From assembly GCF_009834535.1 (NCBI RefSeq), contig NC_045697.1:9364001-9428000 (forward strand): a DNA stretch of 64,000 bases, read 5' to 3'. A model generated the notes under the pieces. That model had not been told where the DNA came from, did no database searches, and was given only the letters and a program-made list of their open reading frames with translations. This DNA comes from Camelus ferus. Taxonomy: Eukaryota. The position numbers and the translations under genes are program-made. Positions 1-13,602 of the stretch are shown one piece after another (the stretch's first letter is position 1; each line of letters begins with the position of its first letter).

Positions 1-589
1 TTTCTTATCACCACCAGTTATTGAGCCGCTGAGTTGAGATCTCCTCTGAGCCAGCCGAGACAGAACTGGAGCAGCTCCAGCATCCAGGTCTGCCATCAGC
101 TGGGCCCACAGAAACTCAGGTCTTTCCATTAGCTCTCCAGGGCATCTGGGTTACATAGTCCAGAAGTTAACAGAAGTTAGCACTCTTCAGGAAAGACTTT
201 GACTAATTAGACATGGGGCGGGAAGGAAGCAGAAGATAAATCCTTTACCCTTCCTTCCCTGACAAACTCTAAAATAGGCTGTGCTTTCCCTGTGGTCTTT
301 ATGAGTTGTCCAAAAGCCTGCGCAAGGAGCGGCCTTTCCTGTGGTGCAGTGGCCAGATTCGCCAGGTACCACCTTGACTTGTTCTCCCTCTTTCTCCACT
401 TCATGCCCACGTTTTCCTCACTCTTGCTTCCCTGTGATGGCACACTGAAATAAAGCACTACTGCATAAGTTTTTGCCTGGCTCTGTTTTCTAAGGACTGG
501 AACTAATACAGAAAACCAGTCTTTCAGGAGCATAGTGAGAGAAGGAAGAGGCAGGTGGATAAAACTGAAAAGAAGGATAGATTGGATTC

Positions 590-720
590 TATAGGGTGTT
601 ATAGGCCAGGGCAAGGGATTTAGACTATATTCCAACTGCAATCCATGGAAAGGGGTAAAATGATCCTATTTAAATATTTTTTTGAAAAAAAGATCATTTT
701 GGCTACTTTACGGGTAATAG
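590..720 (-). mobile_element. LINE2 (L2) fragment
   Basis: Degenerate 'ggatttagactatattc...tgatcctattt...aaagatcattttggct' resembles the antisense L2 3' region. Confidence 0.55.
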
Positions 721-2639
721 TCTTTGCTTAGCAGAGTTCATGCTGTGCATTAGGCCCTCAATGCATGCTTGTTAGCTGGTTGCAGGAATGTATGTCTTCT
801 CTAATGGGTTTTATTCTCCTACTTAGCCTGGGTCAAATCATTTATGGACCCACCCATTAATAAATGTTTGTGGTTCTCAGAGAGCATATACACATTCTTC
901 TTTCACCCAGGAGCTTTTCCTTTCATTCCATACAAGCCACTCTCTCTTATACCATTCCCCCCAATTCCTTTCCCTCGGGCAACAATTTTTATTGAGTTTG
1001 GGTTAAGAGCCTGCACTGTTAAATTTAAATTAAGAGATGATTTAGTAAGACTTAGCATTCCTGAAATTATTCTGTAGCTGAATTGCAAAAAGGAATGTTC
1101 CTTTTGTCAAGTAATTAAACTCTGAATATTTGGTGGGGAAGTCTCCTGCATTATCTCTGCTCACATGCACTGCAAAGTAGAACTGGGCATGCTGGAAATT
1201 GTCAATCTCAAGGAAGGATATTATTAATCTTCTATGAGATCCAGAGTTCAGCCTTAGGTTGGTGGGGGCTGGTGAAGGGAAATCAGCAAGTAGAAAGCAG
1301 GATGCCAATTGTCCCTTCCCTACAAAGAATGTAGCATTCTTCATATTCTTGGTAAATTCTTTTATAAATACTCAGAGCCGAAGCAGAAAGAATAAACAAT
1401 TTCTTAAATTTTATACTGCTATGTTCCTCAGCCAATTATTCATAAGGCCCTGTATAATTTTAATACATTCCACTCTATCTTTTCTTCCACCTGTCTGAAA
1501 CCCCCCTCTACTCCTCCCTTAATACTGAAAGATGAGGTAGGCCAGACAGAAATGGGCTCACCATTAGACACTTCAGTGCCTGCTAGCCTGGCCCTTAAGC
1601 CAAAGATAATCCAAGCCTGTTCTGAGTGGGAGCCAAGTCAGTAGCTGAAGAGATGAGAAGCAAATCCCAAGACCAAAGGCTTATAAAGAGGAATGTCAAT
1701 ACAAGAAAGATTTGAGACATAAGCTGGGGATGAAATGAATCCAAAGAAGAGTGGGCAGAGACTAATGAGTGAGTTGGCATAAGCACTTCAAACATCTTTG
1801 AGACACCCAGGTCACGCCTCAATCTTAGTCACTGAGTTCATGGTTTGTGCATCTGTTGGGCTCAGTTGACTTGAAGGTTCATGATGTGGAAAGGACTCCT
1901 CCAGTCACTCTTGCATCCTATATCCCAGCTGATGCCAATAAATGCCCTCATGGGGGCACTACTTCTGTCACTCTGTCTTCCTCCTGAAAACTTCCTTCTC
2001 AAAGCATAAGAAACATTCTTTTTCTAAGTGTAGTCCTGGTATATTACCATCAATATGGATTTTCCAATAAATATGTTTGATTTAAGTAGTATAAAATAAA
2101 ATGGAATTGAATATAATTTTTATATAGGTACATATGTGTATGTCTACATCTTATTTCTATACCAAAAACAATTTAAGTTGGTTAAATTAATTACATTTTC
2201 TTTCCCCCAAATCTTCATCCTTATACTTCACTCTACTTCCTGACCTCATTGGGATGAGAACACATCATTGCTAACAAGCCAAAATATATATCACCCATCC
2301 TAAAAGAGAACTACTATTTTCAAGGGTTTTCAACACAATTTTCTGCACTTAGATGTTTAGATGGCTAATAGAATTAAAGAAAACACACTTCATAAAATAG
2401 ATTAACATTTGCATGAATAGGACTGCAGTTCAATTCCATATATAAATGTAAATCTTTGCATAATCAACCACATTTCTAGGTCTGACACTTCACTTGCAGG
2501 ACTCCTTCAAACTCTCATTCACCTGGAAATTCAGTATGGAAGCGTGGAATCTGTGTAACACCTGAATTCAAGTCTTAACTAGATCACTCACTAACTATGG
2601 ATTATTTATTCTTTCCTATATTGATTTTTAAAGTACTAA

Positions 2640-3200
2640 CTGTGTGTCAGTCTATGTCCAAGATCTCAGATACCCTGTATTGAATGATTATATGAGTCAG
2701 GCTTTGGCCAGGAAAATGGAAATGACTGCATGTATTTCAAACAAGAGGAATTTAATACTGAAAGTTAGATAACAATATTGTTGGAAGATCTGAAAGGATA
2801 AAAAAAAGGGGGGGGGTTGGCATTCTTGCCCAGAACTCTAGAACTGCAGGAAGTAGCTATCACTGACCAGGGTTCTGCCCCTGGTTTGCTACTGCTGCTG
2901 CAAGAGGCCACACAGGTGCTTAGCTGCTGCAGATGCTGGGGGTCTACTGGTGCTGCCCTCACACAACCACCCCTGTTGCAGCAGAAACCAACAAGTACAA
3001 GTCTGAAGCCACTGCTCTTCCCCTATCAAGACATGTGCCTCTTGTCTATCTTCCAATAACATGCCCCTGCTTTATAATTAGCACTACTGAAACAGAACCA
3101 TGATGGCAAGACAGCTTGGTAAGTGTAGCTTCCACTCTTCAGCTCTGATAGTACAAGGAAGAGTATAAAAAAGGACAACAAGTGGTTCTGAGTTGTTAAG
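2640..3200 (-). mobile_element. Ancient ERVL/MaLR-type LTR fragment (subfamily uncertain)
   Basis: 'gagtcagg...ccaggaaaatggaaa...tatttcaaacaagaggaatttaata' and 'aactgcaggaagtagctatcac' resemble old mammalian LTRs. Confidence 0.5.
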
Positions 3201-4369
3201 AGAAAATATAGCCCCAATATGACACCACAATGAAGACAAAGTCAATAGATTTCACAGAGAACAACTTAGAACCTGATGGACTAGACAGGTAATTAAAAAC
3301 ATCCTGAAATGTAGAACTACCCCTAACTAAATTCTCATACTCTCGAATTTTTATGTGAATTTCATCATTTGATATAAAACATGCAAAACCTGTATGCGTG
3401 TGCTAGTGAAAACGTCCAAGTTACATGGAAATCCTGGAAACTGATGTGGATCAGGCTTCAGTAATACCTCATGTTCTCTTATAAGGATATAATTTAGTGC
3501 TCATGTCATTTAAACATGATGAGAATTATTGCTACCACCTTCCCAATATTATTAAGTGAAAATATTTTCAGGAAGCTGGAAGAGGAAAAAGCACAATGAA
3601 ATAGTCGATGACAAAGCTTTAAAAGAAATTATGGATCATTCAGACAAAATGATTGTTGTAAATAAGCATCACTATGACAGAGGCAGAGGTACCATATTAA
3701 AAATGCAATTATAAATTCAATATCTTGTTATTGCTAGCTGTGTAACTATGAACAAAAGAAACAAAAATAGAAGCTTGTATTTAGTTTTCCCTATTATTAT
3801 GGTTGGTTGGTCTATAACTTTGGAAGCTGATTTACAGGTCTCTATTTCTTGAATCACAAACTCCAAGAGAAAGACTTTGTCAGCTCCTCAAGTTTGGATA
3901 TGAGCAAATCTGAGGTATTTACTATTTCACTCATTTTTTTCACCAGCTCCTTCCCTTCCTTTTTACCATGATCTAGCAACCAATGATATGACAATCCTCT
4001 CCATCTACCATTTCTCCTCACCAAACCTCACTCAAGCCCTTCAATGGATAGATAACATTTTAAATTTGTGTTGTTTATTGATTTTACTTTTCTAAACTCC
4101 ATTTTCATTTATCATACCTTTTAATATATTTTATGGTTTGTTTTCATTACAGGATGCATTGGTTTCAATGGAGGAGGAAAATGTAGTTTGTATCTGATTC
4201 ACACCTGTGATAGTAAGTGATGGTCTGGATGCCACAATCTGGGCAGACATGATTCTTCTCTTAACTTAAAGAAAATAAAATGTGGGCCCAAGCTCTCCCA
4301 AAATTTGTCATCCAACATAATTTCAGGAACAAGTTAAATTTGGATAATGAGGGATAATTTTAATAACAA

Positions 4370-4830
4370 AAATGCTTATTGACTATTTCAGTGGGGGAAC
4401 ACAAAGTTTTGAAGAAGAGGGGTCAAACTATTTGAACTAAGACATGAAGGATAACCGGGGTTAGGTATGTAAAAGAGGAAGGGGAGCTTAGCACTGGGGA
4501 CAGTTAAGGAGAAGACATGCTTCCAGGGAGAAGAAACTATAGGTACAAAGACCATAAGCAACAGGAAGTGTTTTCTGTCTCATGTTCTGAAAAATGGTAA
4601 GTATAACTAGGATGTAAAATAGGAGGGGAAGAGTAGAAAGAGGAAAGCCTGCAGAGGTAGGCAGATTGAGGATATCTTATTAGCCATGTTGAAGAACTTA
4701 GACTTCATCATAGATTTAAGTAGGAGCATTGGGTGGTCAATTTGAATTCTAAGAAGACAATTTTATGTGCTCTGTGGTACCTGGATTAGAGGGTATAATT
4801 TGCACATGGGGAAAACTGTTAGCAAGCCAT
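4370..4830 (-). mobile_element. L2 fragment
   Basis: Purine-rich 'tttgaactaagacatgaaggat...agccatgttgaagaacttagacttcatc' follows the antisense L2 pattern. Confidence 0.65.
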
Positions 4831-5067
4831 TGTAATAGCTTCCCCAAACCTTAATTTTCCCTTAAGTGAAAGTTATACTACTTCCCTAAGTATCATTTGT
4901 AGTCAACATCTTTCTATCTTTGGGCTTTGCTAAGTTCAATATTATTTATTTTCATCTATGTTTGGTTAGTAAACTAAATAATTGATATTTCATCTTACAA
5001 ATATTTACTCTTTTGTTTTCCTGGAGCTCTTAGTTTACCTGGCTTAAAATTATGCATACTAATGATA

Positions 5068-5300
5068 ATCAACATTTACTGAGATTTGCTACATACAAGG
5101 CCTTGTGCTAAGTGCTTGGAATGCAGTTTCTCATTTAATACTCATAAAGTCTTTCGATTATTATTACCCTTTTTATGGATGTTGGGACTGAGGCTTAGAG
5201 AGGCAACATTTGCTTAATTAAGGTCATGAGATTAGTTTCTCATGGAGCAACTCAATGCAGGTCTGCTAGACACTAGAGCCAAAGCTTTTATCCACCAGTC
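5068..5300 (-). mobile_element. MIR SINE
   Basis: 'aacatttactgag...gtgctaagtgctt...ctcatttaat...actgaggcttagagagg' is the MIR core in reverse. Confidence 0.8.
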
Positions 5301-5489
5301 ACTGTGTGATTGACAGTTGTTCTTTTCTTGTGAGTCACACAACATGGGAACAGTGAATGGGGGATGTAGCTCACAGAAAGAGCATAGATTGGAGAAACGA
5401 AGAGACTCTGTAAGGACATGCCCAAGTTCCTCAAATAACGATTAAGTAGCTGGTAACACTTTATTCAAGGTAGATCTTTATTTTTCTCT

Positions 5490-5620
5490 CTCATCATTTA
5501 CAGATAAAGAAAAAAGATCTAGAGAGCTGACGAGATTTGCTCAAGCCCCTTCAGATGGCCTGTGGTTGCAGTGACATTCAAGCCCTCAATTATTCAACGC
5601 TAAAGCCAGTACTGTTTTCA
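5490..5620 (-). mobile_element. MIR fragment
   Basis: 'catttacagataaagaaaaaagatctagagagctgacgagatttgctcaag'. Confidence 0.65.
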
Positions 5621-6879
5621 CTTTGTTCATTTGTAATTGAAATGTTCAAGTACTTCAGAGCCTTAGTTAGTAATCAATCAAACAAACAAACAAAAAAAAA
5701 AAAAAAAAAAAAAAACCAAAAAATACTTTGGCTGGTCCCACAGTATAAAGATGCATAAGGCAAAGTCTCCAACTAGATGACCTCCCAGTCCTGCCATGTT
5801 CTAAGGCATTTTCCTTCCTACTCTTCTCCTGTTTGTTAATTTTCCTGTTCACTTCCCCCTTGCAGTAGTCACCACTCTTGATGATGTAGCTTATGAGGCT
5901 TTCAGGACTTTGATAAAGCTCAAAACCTTTGAACATTATTCACACTATTCTGTTGGGGGACTGATTCGTCCCTTATGGAAGTATATTGAAAATAGATGAA
6001 GGACACATTATTTTAATCAACTAACCAAGTAAACTCAAGCAAACAGAACTGGTGATGTCTCCTAGAGAATACAAGACTAAACAAGAATTCACTTTACACA
6101 GTAGCCCAAGATGAGAAGATGATCCTCTAAGTGCCCTGATGGTCCCTTGGGGAAGGTAAGGGCTTGTGAAGAACTCAAGGGGCTTTTGCACAGATTGCCA
6201 TGTTTCTTCCCCTTGTGAATTTGTCTCCATTTCATAGCAAGAGAAATTAAGATCCTACATCACAGACAAAAAAAAGGGGGCTATATTCAATATTCGCTAA
6301 TTCTGCATTTTTTTTTCATCTTCTAACCTGTGACTCTAACTCTCAGCTGCTAATCCATACATCATTAGATGGAGGTGCAGGTGTTAACACCCATTCCTGT
6401 AACCTTAAGTGAACTTGATGTGACTTCTAAATTGCCTCTAGCCCAGATGGTATGCTTCTTTTCCTGGGTATTTCAAGGTGATAATTGATTTAAGACAACT
6501 ACAACTCTTCCTAGACTTTTTAATCATGTTTTCATATCTATGTATTTAGAAAAAAATAACACTAAATTAAATGGAATGGAGGGGTAATTATCAATCATCC
6601 AAGGTGATATTTTCTTTTTTTGAGTGTATACAAAAAATGTTGGCATTCATGCCTTTATTAGTTATAATGCCAAATAGAGATTCCTGGATTTATCTGTGGA
6701 AAATAGGAGAAAGTAAAGAAATATTTACACCTTCTTAATGCTTATAACAGAGATGATATAGTTATAAATTTTACCCTTATGCTTAATTCAAGTAAGTTAA
6801 TATATTAGTGAGCAAACTTGTAAAAGAGTTAGATAAAATAAGACAGCTTATCTGACGTAAATCTAATAAAGATACCATG

Positions 6880-7115
6880 AGCAACTATAACAATAGCAGT
6901 TATCTTCGGGGTGTTATATGTGTAAGGCAACGGTAGAATAACTGAACATATATTTTCTCTACTTTCTATCTAATGCTTCAGGATAAATATTAGGTTCACT
7001 TAAGATGTAAGTAAATAAAACTTCAGAAAAGCCAGGTCACTTGCCCAAGATCACACTACTCAAGTGAAACCGAGATGGCACTCCTCTCCCCGACTTTAAA
7101 GCCAATGTTCTTTCA
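6880..7115 (-). mobile_element. MIR SINE
   Basis: 'gtcacttgcccaagatcacact' core, with a degenerate 3' part on the left. Confidence 0.65.
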
Positions 7116-8201
7116 ACAGACTAGTGCCCCTATAGTAATTAATAGATTTGCTACCCAGTTGACACCATCATAAAAAACAAAACAAAAACAATAACAACAC
7201 ACAAAAAACAAAATACTACTTATTTAAGTAGAATTTTTCATTTGATGAAAGGATAAAATGAAATACTTAGAACGGAAAAGAAGTTTGCATGGCTGGTTAG
7301 TGGTGGAGCCAAAATTAGAGCCTGGCTGTTTAGACTCCTAGTCCAGGCTCTTCCTTGCATATCTGCTTCTCATTTCTGACATGCACAGATCCTAGCTGAC
7401 TTCCTGCAGATCTAACTTGGGACTATTTTAATGCTATTTCTTTAGTAGTTCATTTTTCTCATTGCAAGAATCCCAAGACTGAGGAGAATAGACAAAGACT
7501 GCAGCACTGGTGAAGCTAAAGGAGAACTGAATGGAGAGCCCAGAAACTAGAGTTCTGGCCCCGCTTTGCAGCCACCTGAAGGACCTTGGTCAAGCACTCA
7601 GCCCCTCTATGGTTCACACCTTCTCTAAGAGTCAGGAAGAGGCACTGCCCTTACCTAATGACTAGGGTGATCAAGGAGACCAAGTAATGAATGAGAAAGT
7701 CCTCTGCAACTTTTGAAGCACTGTATGGACTGTGATGGGTCAAAGTCCAGAACACTGTGAAGATTAGATAAGAAGTGCTGCAGAGACATTCTGGGGCCCA
7801 CCCGATGCCCCCTAAACCACTCTCTTGGCTCGTGGAATTTAAGCAAAGCTCTGGTGGGCATGTCAAGTGTTTCTGCTGCACCCATCCCTGTTTTTTCTTT
7901 CAGGGTTCACTCTAAGGTTTGAAGAGCTTCTAATCCCAGGAGGAAGTACAGCTGGGGAATGCTGGGGTAGTCACCACCCACCCCTGTAGTGAACAGAAAT
8001 AGAAGAGTGAATGCCACAGCTTCCTGTGCTTCAGAGGGACAATCCTGAGGCACATTCTACAAGATTCCTCAGATGGTTCCTGTGGGGTTGAGCCCCAGAT
8101 GCTCGCGTCAGGGTCTAGCTCAACACCCTAGACTTTATTGACTGCTTTTCTTCCACTATTTACTTCCTCTCTCCCTGTCTGTGCTTCATAGCATCTCCCC
8201 T

Positions 8202-8600
8202 TGTGATGGTTAATTTTATTTGTCAACTTGACTGGGCCACAGGGTACCCAGATATTTGGTTAATCATTATTTCTGGATGTATCTGTGAGGGATTCTAAAT
8301 GAGAATAATATTTGAATCAGTAGATTGATTAAAGCAGATTTTCCTCCCTGATTGGGGGGGGGGGGCTCACCCAATCTGCTGAAAGCTTGAGTTAAAACAA
8401 AGGCTAAGTAAGAAAAACTTCTCTCTCTCTCTGACTGTCTTCAGGTAGATACATTAGTGTTCTCTACCTTTGGACTTGGTTTCAAATTGGAACTTACACC
8501 ATCAATTCTCCTGGTTCTCCAGCTAGCTGGCTGCAGATCTTGGATTTCTCAGTCTCCCTAATCACATAAGCTAAGCCCCATTCCCTTACATAAAATTATC

Positions 8601-8654
<54 letters not shown>

Positions 8655-8694
8655 ACTATTGGTTCTGTTTCTCTGGAAAATTAAGACTAATATA
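8202..8694 (+). mobile_element. MLT2 (ERVL) solo LTR
   Basis: Starts 'tgtgatggttaattttatttgtcaacttgactgggccacagggtacccagatatttgg'; ends 'ctattggttctgtttctctggaaaattaagactaatata'. Confidence 0.9.
8597..8652. repeat. (TATC)n microsatellite inside MLT2
   Basis: Directly visible tandem TATC units. Confidence 0.95.
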
Positions 8695-9904
8695 TGTCCC
8701 ACATCAACATCTTGAACCTAAATCATTGTCTTAGGCTCTGATTTAGGGAGATCTTGAATATAGATGGGTGAGTTGATTTTTAAGCCCTTTTACTTCTGCA
8801 AAAGTTTACAGAATTTCTACTATGCACCAGGCACTATACTAGGGGAAAGGGGTAAATGTACAGGCTCCTGACCTTGAGGAAATGTGCAGACTAGTGAGGG
8901 TGACAGACATGGAAATGGATGATTGCAATGCAAATTAGTGAGGACCAGAAGAAAGGAAAGCATCCGTGCATCCTGGCCTCATCTCCCTGTCTCTGGATCA
9001 GCATCCATATTTGGCTATAGTTCCAGTTATTGAGTTTCTGGTCATGCATCCTCAGTACAGACCCCTCCTCCAGGCTTAGCACAGACACCCAGCCAAGATG
9101 TCTCCCCTAATGATATTTCTGGGCTTGTGCATTGACACAATGACAGCTGTGAAGAATGCTCCATCCCAGAAAGGTCAGCGAACAGCATAATCCACAGACT
9201 AGCAGCCACTTTGCACAAAATCCATTGCTGAAACACAGATTTAAACCTTTTGCTTTTGCTAAGGCAGTCCTCAGCTCCTGCGCCCTTGCCTGGGGCTGGT
9301 GATGGTGGGGAGAGGCGGAAGTGGGATTTCTTACAGGAGCCCCCGATACCAGACTCCCCCTCCCACCCTGCCGATCTCCACACATGTTGCATCTGGTAGT
9401 TTGTACCTGGGTTTACTGGATAACAAATGCCTGATTAAAAGTGGCAACGTTGCAGCTCACACCGTGGCAAATGCAGAAAAGTGGAGCATGGATCAGCCTA
9501 TGTCTTCCTTTGTTCTGGAGGCCCAAAGGATTCAGCAGCTGGGGCTCCAGGATCTCTAAAGCAGCAAATCCCTTTTCTTTTGGTTCTCTTATAAGTTAAA
9601 TTCCTGAACCAGACACTTTACTGGCACTGAGGGTCTGAAGCTAATGAAACTATATCTGCTATCCTGAGTCCCCCGTAGTCCAGTGTGGAATCCAGCGCAA
9701 CACAGGGTTACATCACATCCTGGTCTTTCTCTGAGAGGCAGTCGGTGAAATGGTTTGGACAGGCACACCTGTGTTGGAATCCCATCTCTAACTTCTGAGT
9801 ACGGGCAAGCAGCTTCATCCCTCTGAGCTCTCCAATTCTTCATCTCAAAGCGGGAGAACAGCTTTAAACAACATCTCTTCTATCACTCCACCACTGGCTC
9901 CCAA

Positions 9905-10070
9905 GAGATGATAATTATGTGATGTGGCAGAAGTGCTAACTATTGCCGCAATAGCCAACATATTACAATATATAAATGTGTCAAATCAACCTGTTGTACA
10001 CCTTACATTTATGCAATGTTATATGACAGGGAACAGCAAAAAAATATATTTCAAATTAAAAAATTTTTAG
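9905..10070 (+). mobile_element. L1 3' end fragment (L1MA9/10-like)
   Basis: 'tatataaatgtgtcaaatcaacctgttgtacaccttacatttatgcaatgttatatg' followed by an A-rich tail. Confidence 0.8.
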
Positions 10071-10299
10071 AAAGGAAAAAAAAGAGGAAATAGGATGACT
10101 GCATAGCTGTATGGGGCAGACATGGGAGGGACCAGTGCAACAGGGATATCCAAGAGGAAGGGGATGTTGCTACCCATTCCCTGCCCTCCTCGCTTGCAGT
10201 GTCCAGAGCCCCTCTCTGTGCCCACTTCCTGTGTTTCATTGATACACCTGTAACACTCTGTTTTGCCCTCTCCATTCCAAATTGTGACCTTCAACAGAC

Positions 10300-10450
10300 A
10301 TCAAGTCATTTAAACCACCCTGAGCCTTAGTTTCTCATTTGTAAATTGGGAGTGAAATAAAATGGCCTGGTCTATCAATCCCATTGAATTGTTGAGTGCC
10401 AAAGGAGGCAATGGCTGTGACAATACTTTGTAAATTATGAGAACTTGTAT
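10300..10450 (+). mobile_element. MIR fragment
   Basis: 'caagtcatttaaaccaccctgagccttagtttctcatttgtaaattggg'. Confidence 0.8.
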
Positions 10451-11374
10451 GTAGCTGCTCATTATCTATGTGAAAAGACCCTGAAAGGGAAAATAAAAGT
10501 GCTGAGGGAACTTTCCTGGGTTGTAGGTACAGCTGGCCCTTCCTATCTGAATTACATGTTTTTGGTATCTTATGTATGTTGTCTTAAAACTTTTTTTTCA
10601 CATTATAGATGCAATGCATCCTTGTAGTATTGCGTTTAAAAACACAAGGAAAAAGCTGAGAAGAAAACAAAAGCCACTATTTATCCCACTCTACGTATCT
10701 CGTATCTCATCCTGTTAACAGAATTGTACATTTCCTTGCATAGCCTCTGCAAGTTTTGATTTGATCTGGCTTACTTTTCAAGTTGAATAACCCGGAAACC
10801 AGCTGAAAGAGGATGGGGGAGAGTCAAGTCAGAAGAAGGAGGTGGGTGAACACAAGACTCCTGGTTTTTAGTGACGCTTAGCTGATACTTGCGTCAGAGT
10901 CCTTGATTTGAATATTAAAGAAGAAAACTCCAAAGGGGAGACATTTATGTCCTCCCTCCTCAAACGCTTTTCAAACAAACAGGAACAGGGCTCAAAGGCT
11001 TCCAATTCAAGTGTCTAAATAATCACTTCACCAGGTACAAGCTCAATGGCCCAGAGCAGAGGCTGGGACACAAAAGGAGGCTGGAGACACTGGAGTGGGG
11101 AGAATGTGTGTCTGGGTCCGTGTGTGTGATTTCCTTCTGGGACTTCAAGGGAGCACAGGAAGGGATCACAGTGGGCCTCAGGGATAAACGAGAGAATGTT
11201 CATCTGCAGGAAGATTCAGGGCAAATAATAATAATAAAAAAAAAAAGCAGACAAGATAAGACAAGCCTCTGGAGCTGCCTTGGAGGAGGGTTCAAGGCCA
11301 AGGCCTTCTGGAGCAGAGACCAGCTGCAGGAGCCTTTGGAGTTCAGGGACTTGAACACCCCTATCTTCTCCTTA

Positions 11375-11790
11375 ACTCAGGGACCTTACCCTGGGGTTCA
11401 AGAAACCCTAAAGACCACAAACCACAACAGAATAAGAAGAGCTGTGGCCTGGTCACTAGTAGAAATCATATAACTTTTCATCACATTAAATTAAAACTGT
11501 CAAATAGCACTACTGCTACATTGCAGGAGTTACTAACTCTACTACCAGATTGTGTTCTTCAATATATTAATAAAGACATACCTTACTATGTCACAGTTTT
11601 GTTGTTTTTAGTCTTTTGATAACTGGAATCTAATGATTAATTTCACTTGTAATTCTTTGTATTGTATTTCATGCAGTACAAAAGAAAAAACAAAAAACTA
11701 TTCTTGGAAAGAGCCCCCCTCCCCAAAAAAATCTATAGTTCAAAAGTGAATCATGACATAAAAAGCTGAAGAGCCCCTACTTCAGTGTAT
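11375..11790. mobile_element. hAT-Charlie type DNA transposon remnant
   Basis: 'ggggttcaagaaaccc...atatattaataaag...ttttgataactg...catgacataaaaagctgaagagcccct' resembles non-autonomous Charlie elements. Confidence 0.5.
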
Positions 11791-11849
11791 ACAGGAGACC
11801 TGGAAAGAGTCTCACAGGGGCTTCCAGAGGCAGAATGGAATAGCCCAGA

Positions 11850-12250
11850 TGCTTTTGGCTGCAAGAAATGGAAAATTGAATTTTGATTTAGCGACAAGCT
11901 TACACATTATCTCAAATAACATTAAATACAGGTAAGACTGGTTCTGTGTTGGGTTAGTTCATTAGATCACAAACGACAAGGGTGGGCCAGGTTCCATGGA
12001 TGTCTCCAGGCTATCCTCCTCCACACATACTTACACACACACACAGATCCATGTTTATTCCTGAAGATAAAAGAGGTCATCAGTGGCCTGAGGGAGCAGT
12101 CACTCCACTGACCCTCCTCCAATAGCCACACTGTCCGACCCCACCCTGTCTCTCCTGCCCAAGTGGTAGCCCCACTGCTGAGATATACATAACTAAGTAC
12201 CCAAGCAGTGAGAGGAGGAAGACACATGGGTAGTTCAAGGGAAACTTCAA
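11850..12250 (-). mobile_element. MLT1 (J/K/L-like) MaLR LTR
   Basis: 'gatgcttttggctgcaagaaatggaaaa' resembles the reverse of an old MLT1 3' end. Confidence 0.55.
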
Positions 12251-12802
12251 AATGGCAGTTGTCTCAGGCAGGAAGAAGAGTAGCCACAGGAGAAACCATA
12301 TTGTTTTCCTGCTAGGAGTGCTGAGTGTATAAAGAATAAATTGGCAAGTGTTGATAGATTAATGATGGTGACATCTGCTAGGAACAGGTGGTAGCTCACA
12401 GTGGTAAGGAAGATGCTCCTAGAATGAGGAAACATCTCCCCACACACACTCAGGCATCTACTTTCAGTGTGTGGGAGATCAGAACGCTACACTCAGTCCA
12501 AAAAGGAATGGGCTGAATGCGGTGTTGAGCTTGACAGGTTCGTCATGCCTTGTCTCTGTTAATTGAACCCTTCTCTGTTCCTGTATTTTCCTGTGTTGTG
12601 AGTATCCCAGTACGAGAGGAGAGAGACAGGTTGGCCTCCTTTGTGTAACACATATTTCTGAGATAGTGAAAGAAATGTCAGATGATGTGAAATTTCCTGA
12701 AGCTAATAGCCTGAGAAGCTCAGAAAAGCCAAAGAAGTCAGTTCCACTGAAAGCAAAGCAGGAAGCCCACTTCAGCAGATGGCCATGCTCTTAGTTGAAA
12801 TT

Positions 12803-12805
<3 letters not shown>

Positions 12806-12841
<36 letters not shown>
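12806..12841. repeat. (CA)n microsatellite
   Basis: Directly visible. Confidence 0.95.
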
Positions 12842-12842
<1 letters not shown>

Positions 12843-13269
12843 TACACACTGGCAGTTTGTAATCCTTTGTCTACCTCTCAGCCTGGAAGCCTACCTTCTA
12901 ACTGCTTAAAGAGTGAGGAGTAACCTCAAAAAGTGTTACTAGATCATGGATTCTGGGCTAGTGGTACCACTGACTTAATGTGGAAAGAAATAATCTGTCT
13001 GCTAACTGAGAGACATTAAGGAAGTTAAGTAGATTACTCAAAATTTTGAGCTCAACTGAGAATTGGTGTAGGTTTGTGAAGATGAGTTTAATTTGCAAAT
13101 CTTCATCACCCTTCCAAACCCTCTCCTAACACAGGATGGCCCTTTACAGTTTTCTGTAAAGGTCCCAGTATCATTTTATCACACTTCAACGTCCACTGTT
13201 GATGTCTATCATGGGACTTCTGTCCTGCTGAACACAGCTGTCTTGCCCTGGTGGTCACTGCTTTATCCC

Positions 13270-13570
13270 AACCTGGCCCTGGAGGTATGGATAAGAGTGC
13301 TAACATCTGCATTTTCAAAAATGTACAGAAATTATGTAATCTCCCTGGACCTCTGCCTCCTCAACTCTAAAGTATTAAAAAAAAAATCAATAGATAACAT
13401 TTTTTAAAGCACTTATTCTATGCAGGTACTTTCCCAAGCACTCTGCAAGTATTAACTCATTTAATCCTCTTAGAGTTGTGGTAAAGATTAACTGAATTAA
13501 CAGATGCAAGTGCTTAGGACATTACTTGGAATGTAGTAAATACTCAATAAATGTTTCTACTAGAACTATC
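13270..13570. mobile_element. MIR (+) with an internal reverse MIR piece (about 13400-13470)
   Basis: 'ctctgcctcctcaactctaaa...agagttgtggtaaagattaactga...tactcaataaatgtt' surrounds 'gcacttattctatgcagg...aactcatttaatcctc'. Confidence 0.7.
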
Positions 13571-13602
13571 ACTATGACTACTACAGCTGTATTTTTGGTT
13601 AT

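Larger units (their letters stand above)
7780..8765 (+). mobile_element. LTR16-family (ERVL) LTR, interrupted by an MLT2 LTR
   Basis: 'ggacaatcctgaggcacattctacaagattcctcag...ttgagccccag', resuming after about 8695 with 'cctaaatcattgtcttaggctctgatttaggg'. Confidence 0.7.

Noticed and set aside
187..641. Longest ORFs near the window start (144 aa and 70 aa, minus strand)
   Set aside because: No recognisable protein family or splice context; the 144-aa ORF begins inside an L2 fragment; consistent with chance ORFs
2400..2470. Octamer ATTTGCAT with a nearby TATA-like sequence as a promoter
   Set aside because: No downstream leader exon, snRNA or gene body visible; such motifs are expected by chance in AT-rich DNA
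5359..5395. 'gggggatgtagctca', resembling a tRNA-Ala 5' end
   Set aside because: No B box, anticodon arm or acceptor-stem partner follows; at most a decayed SINE head
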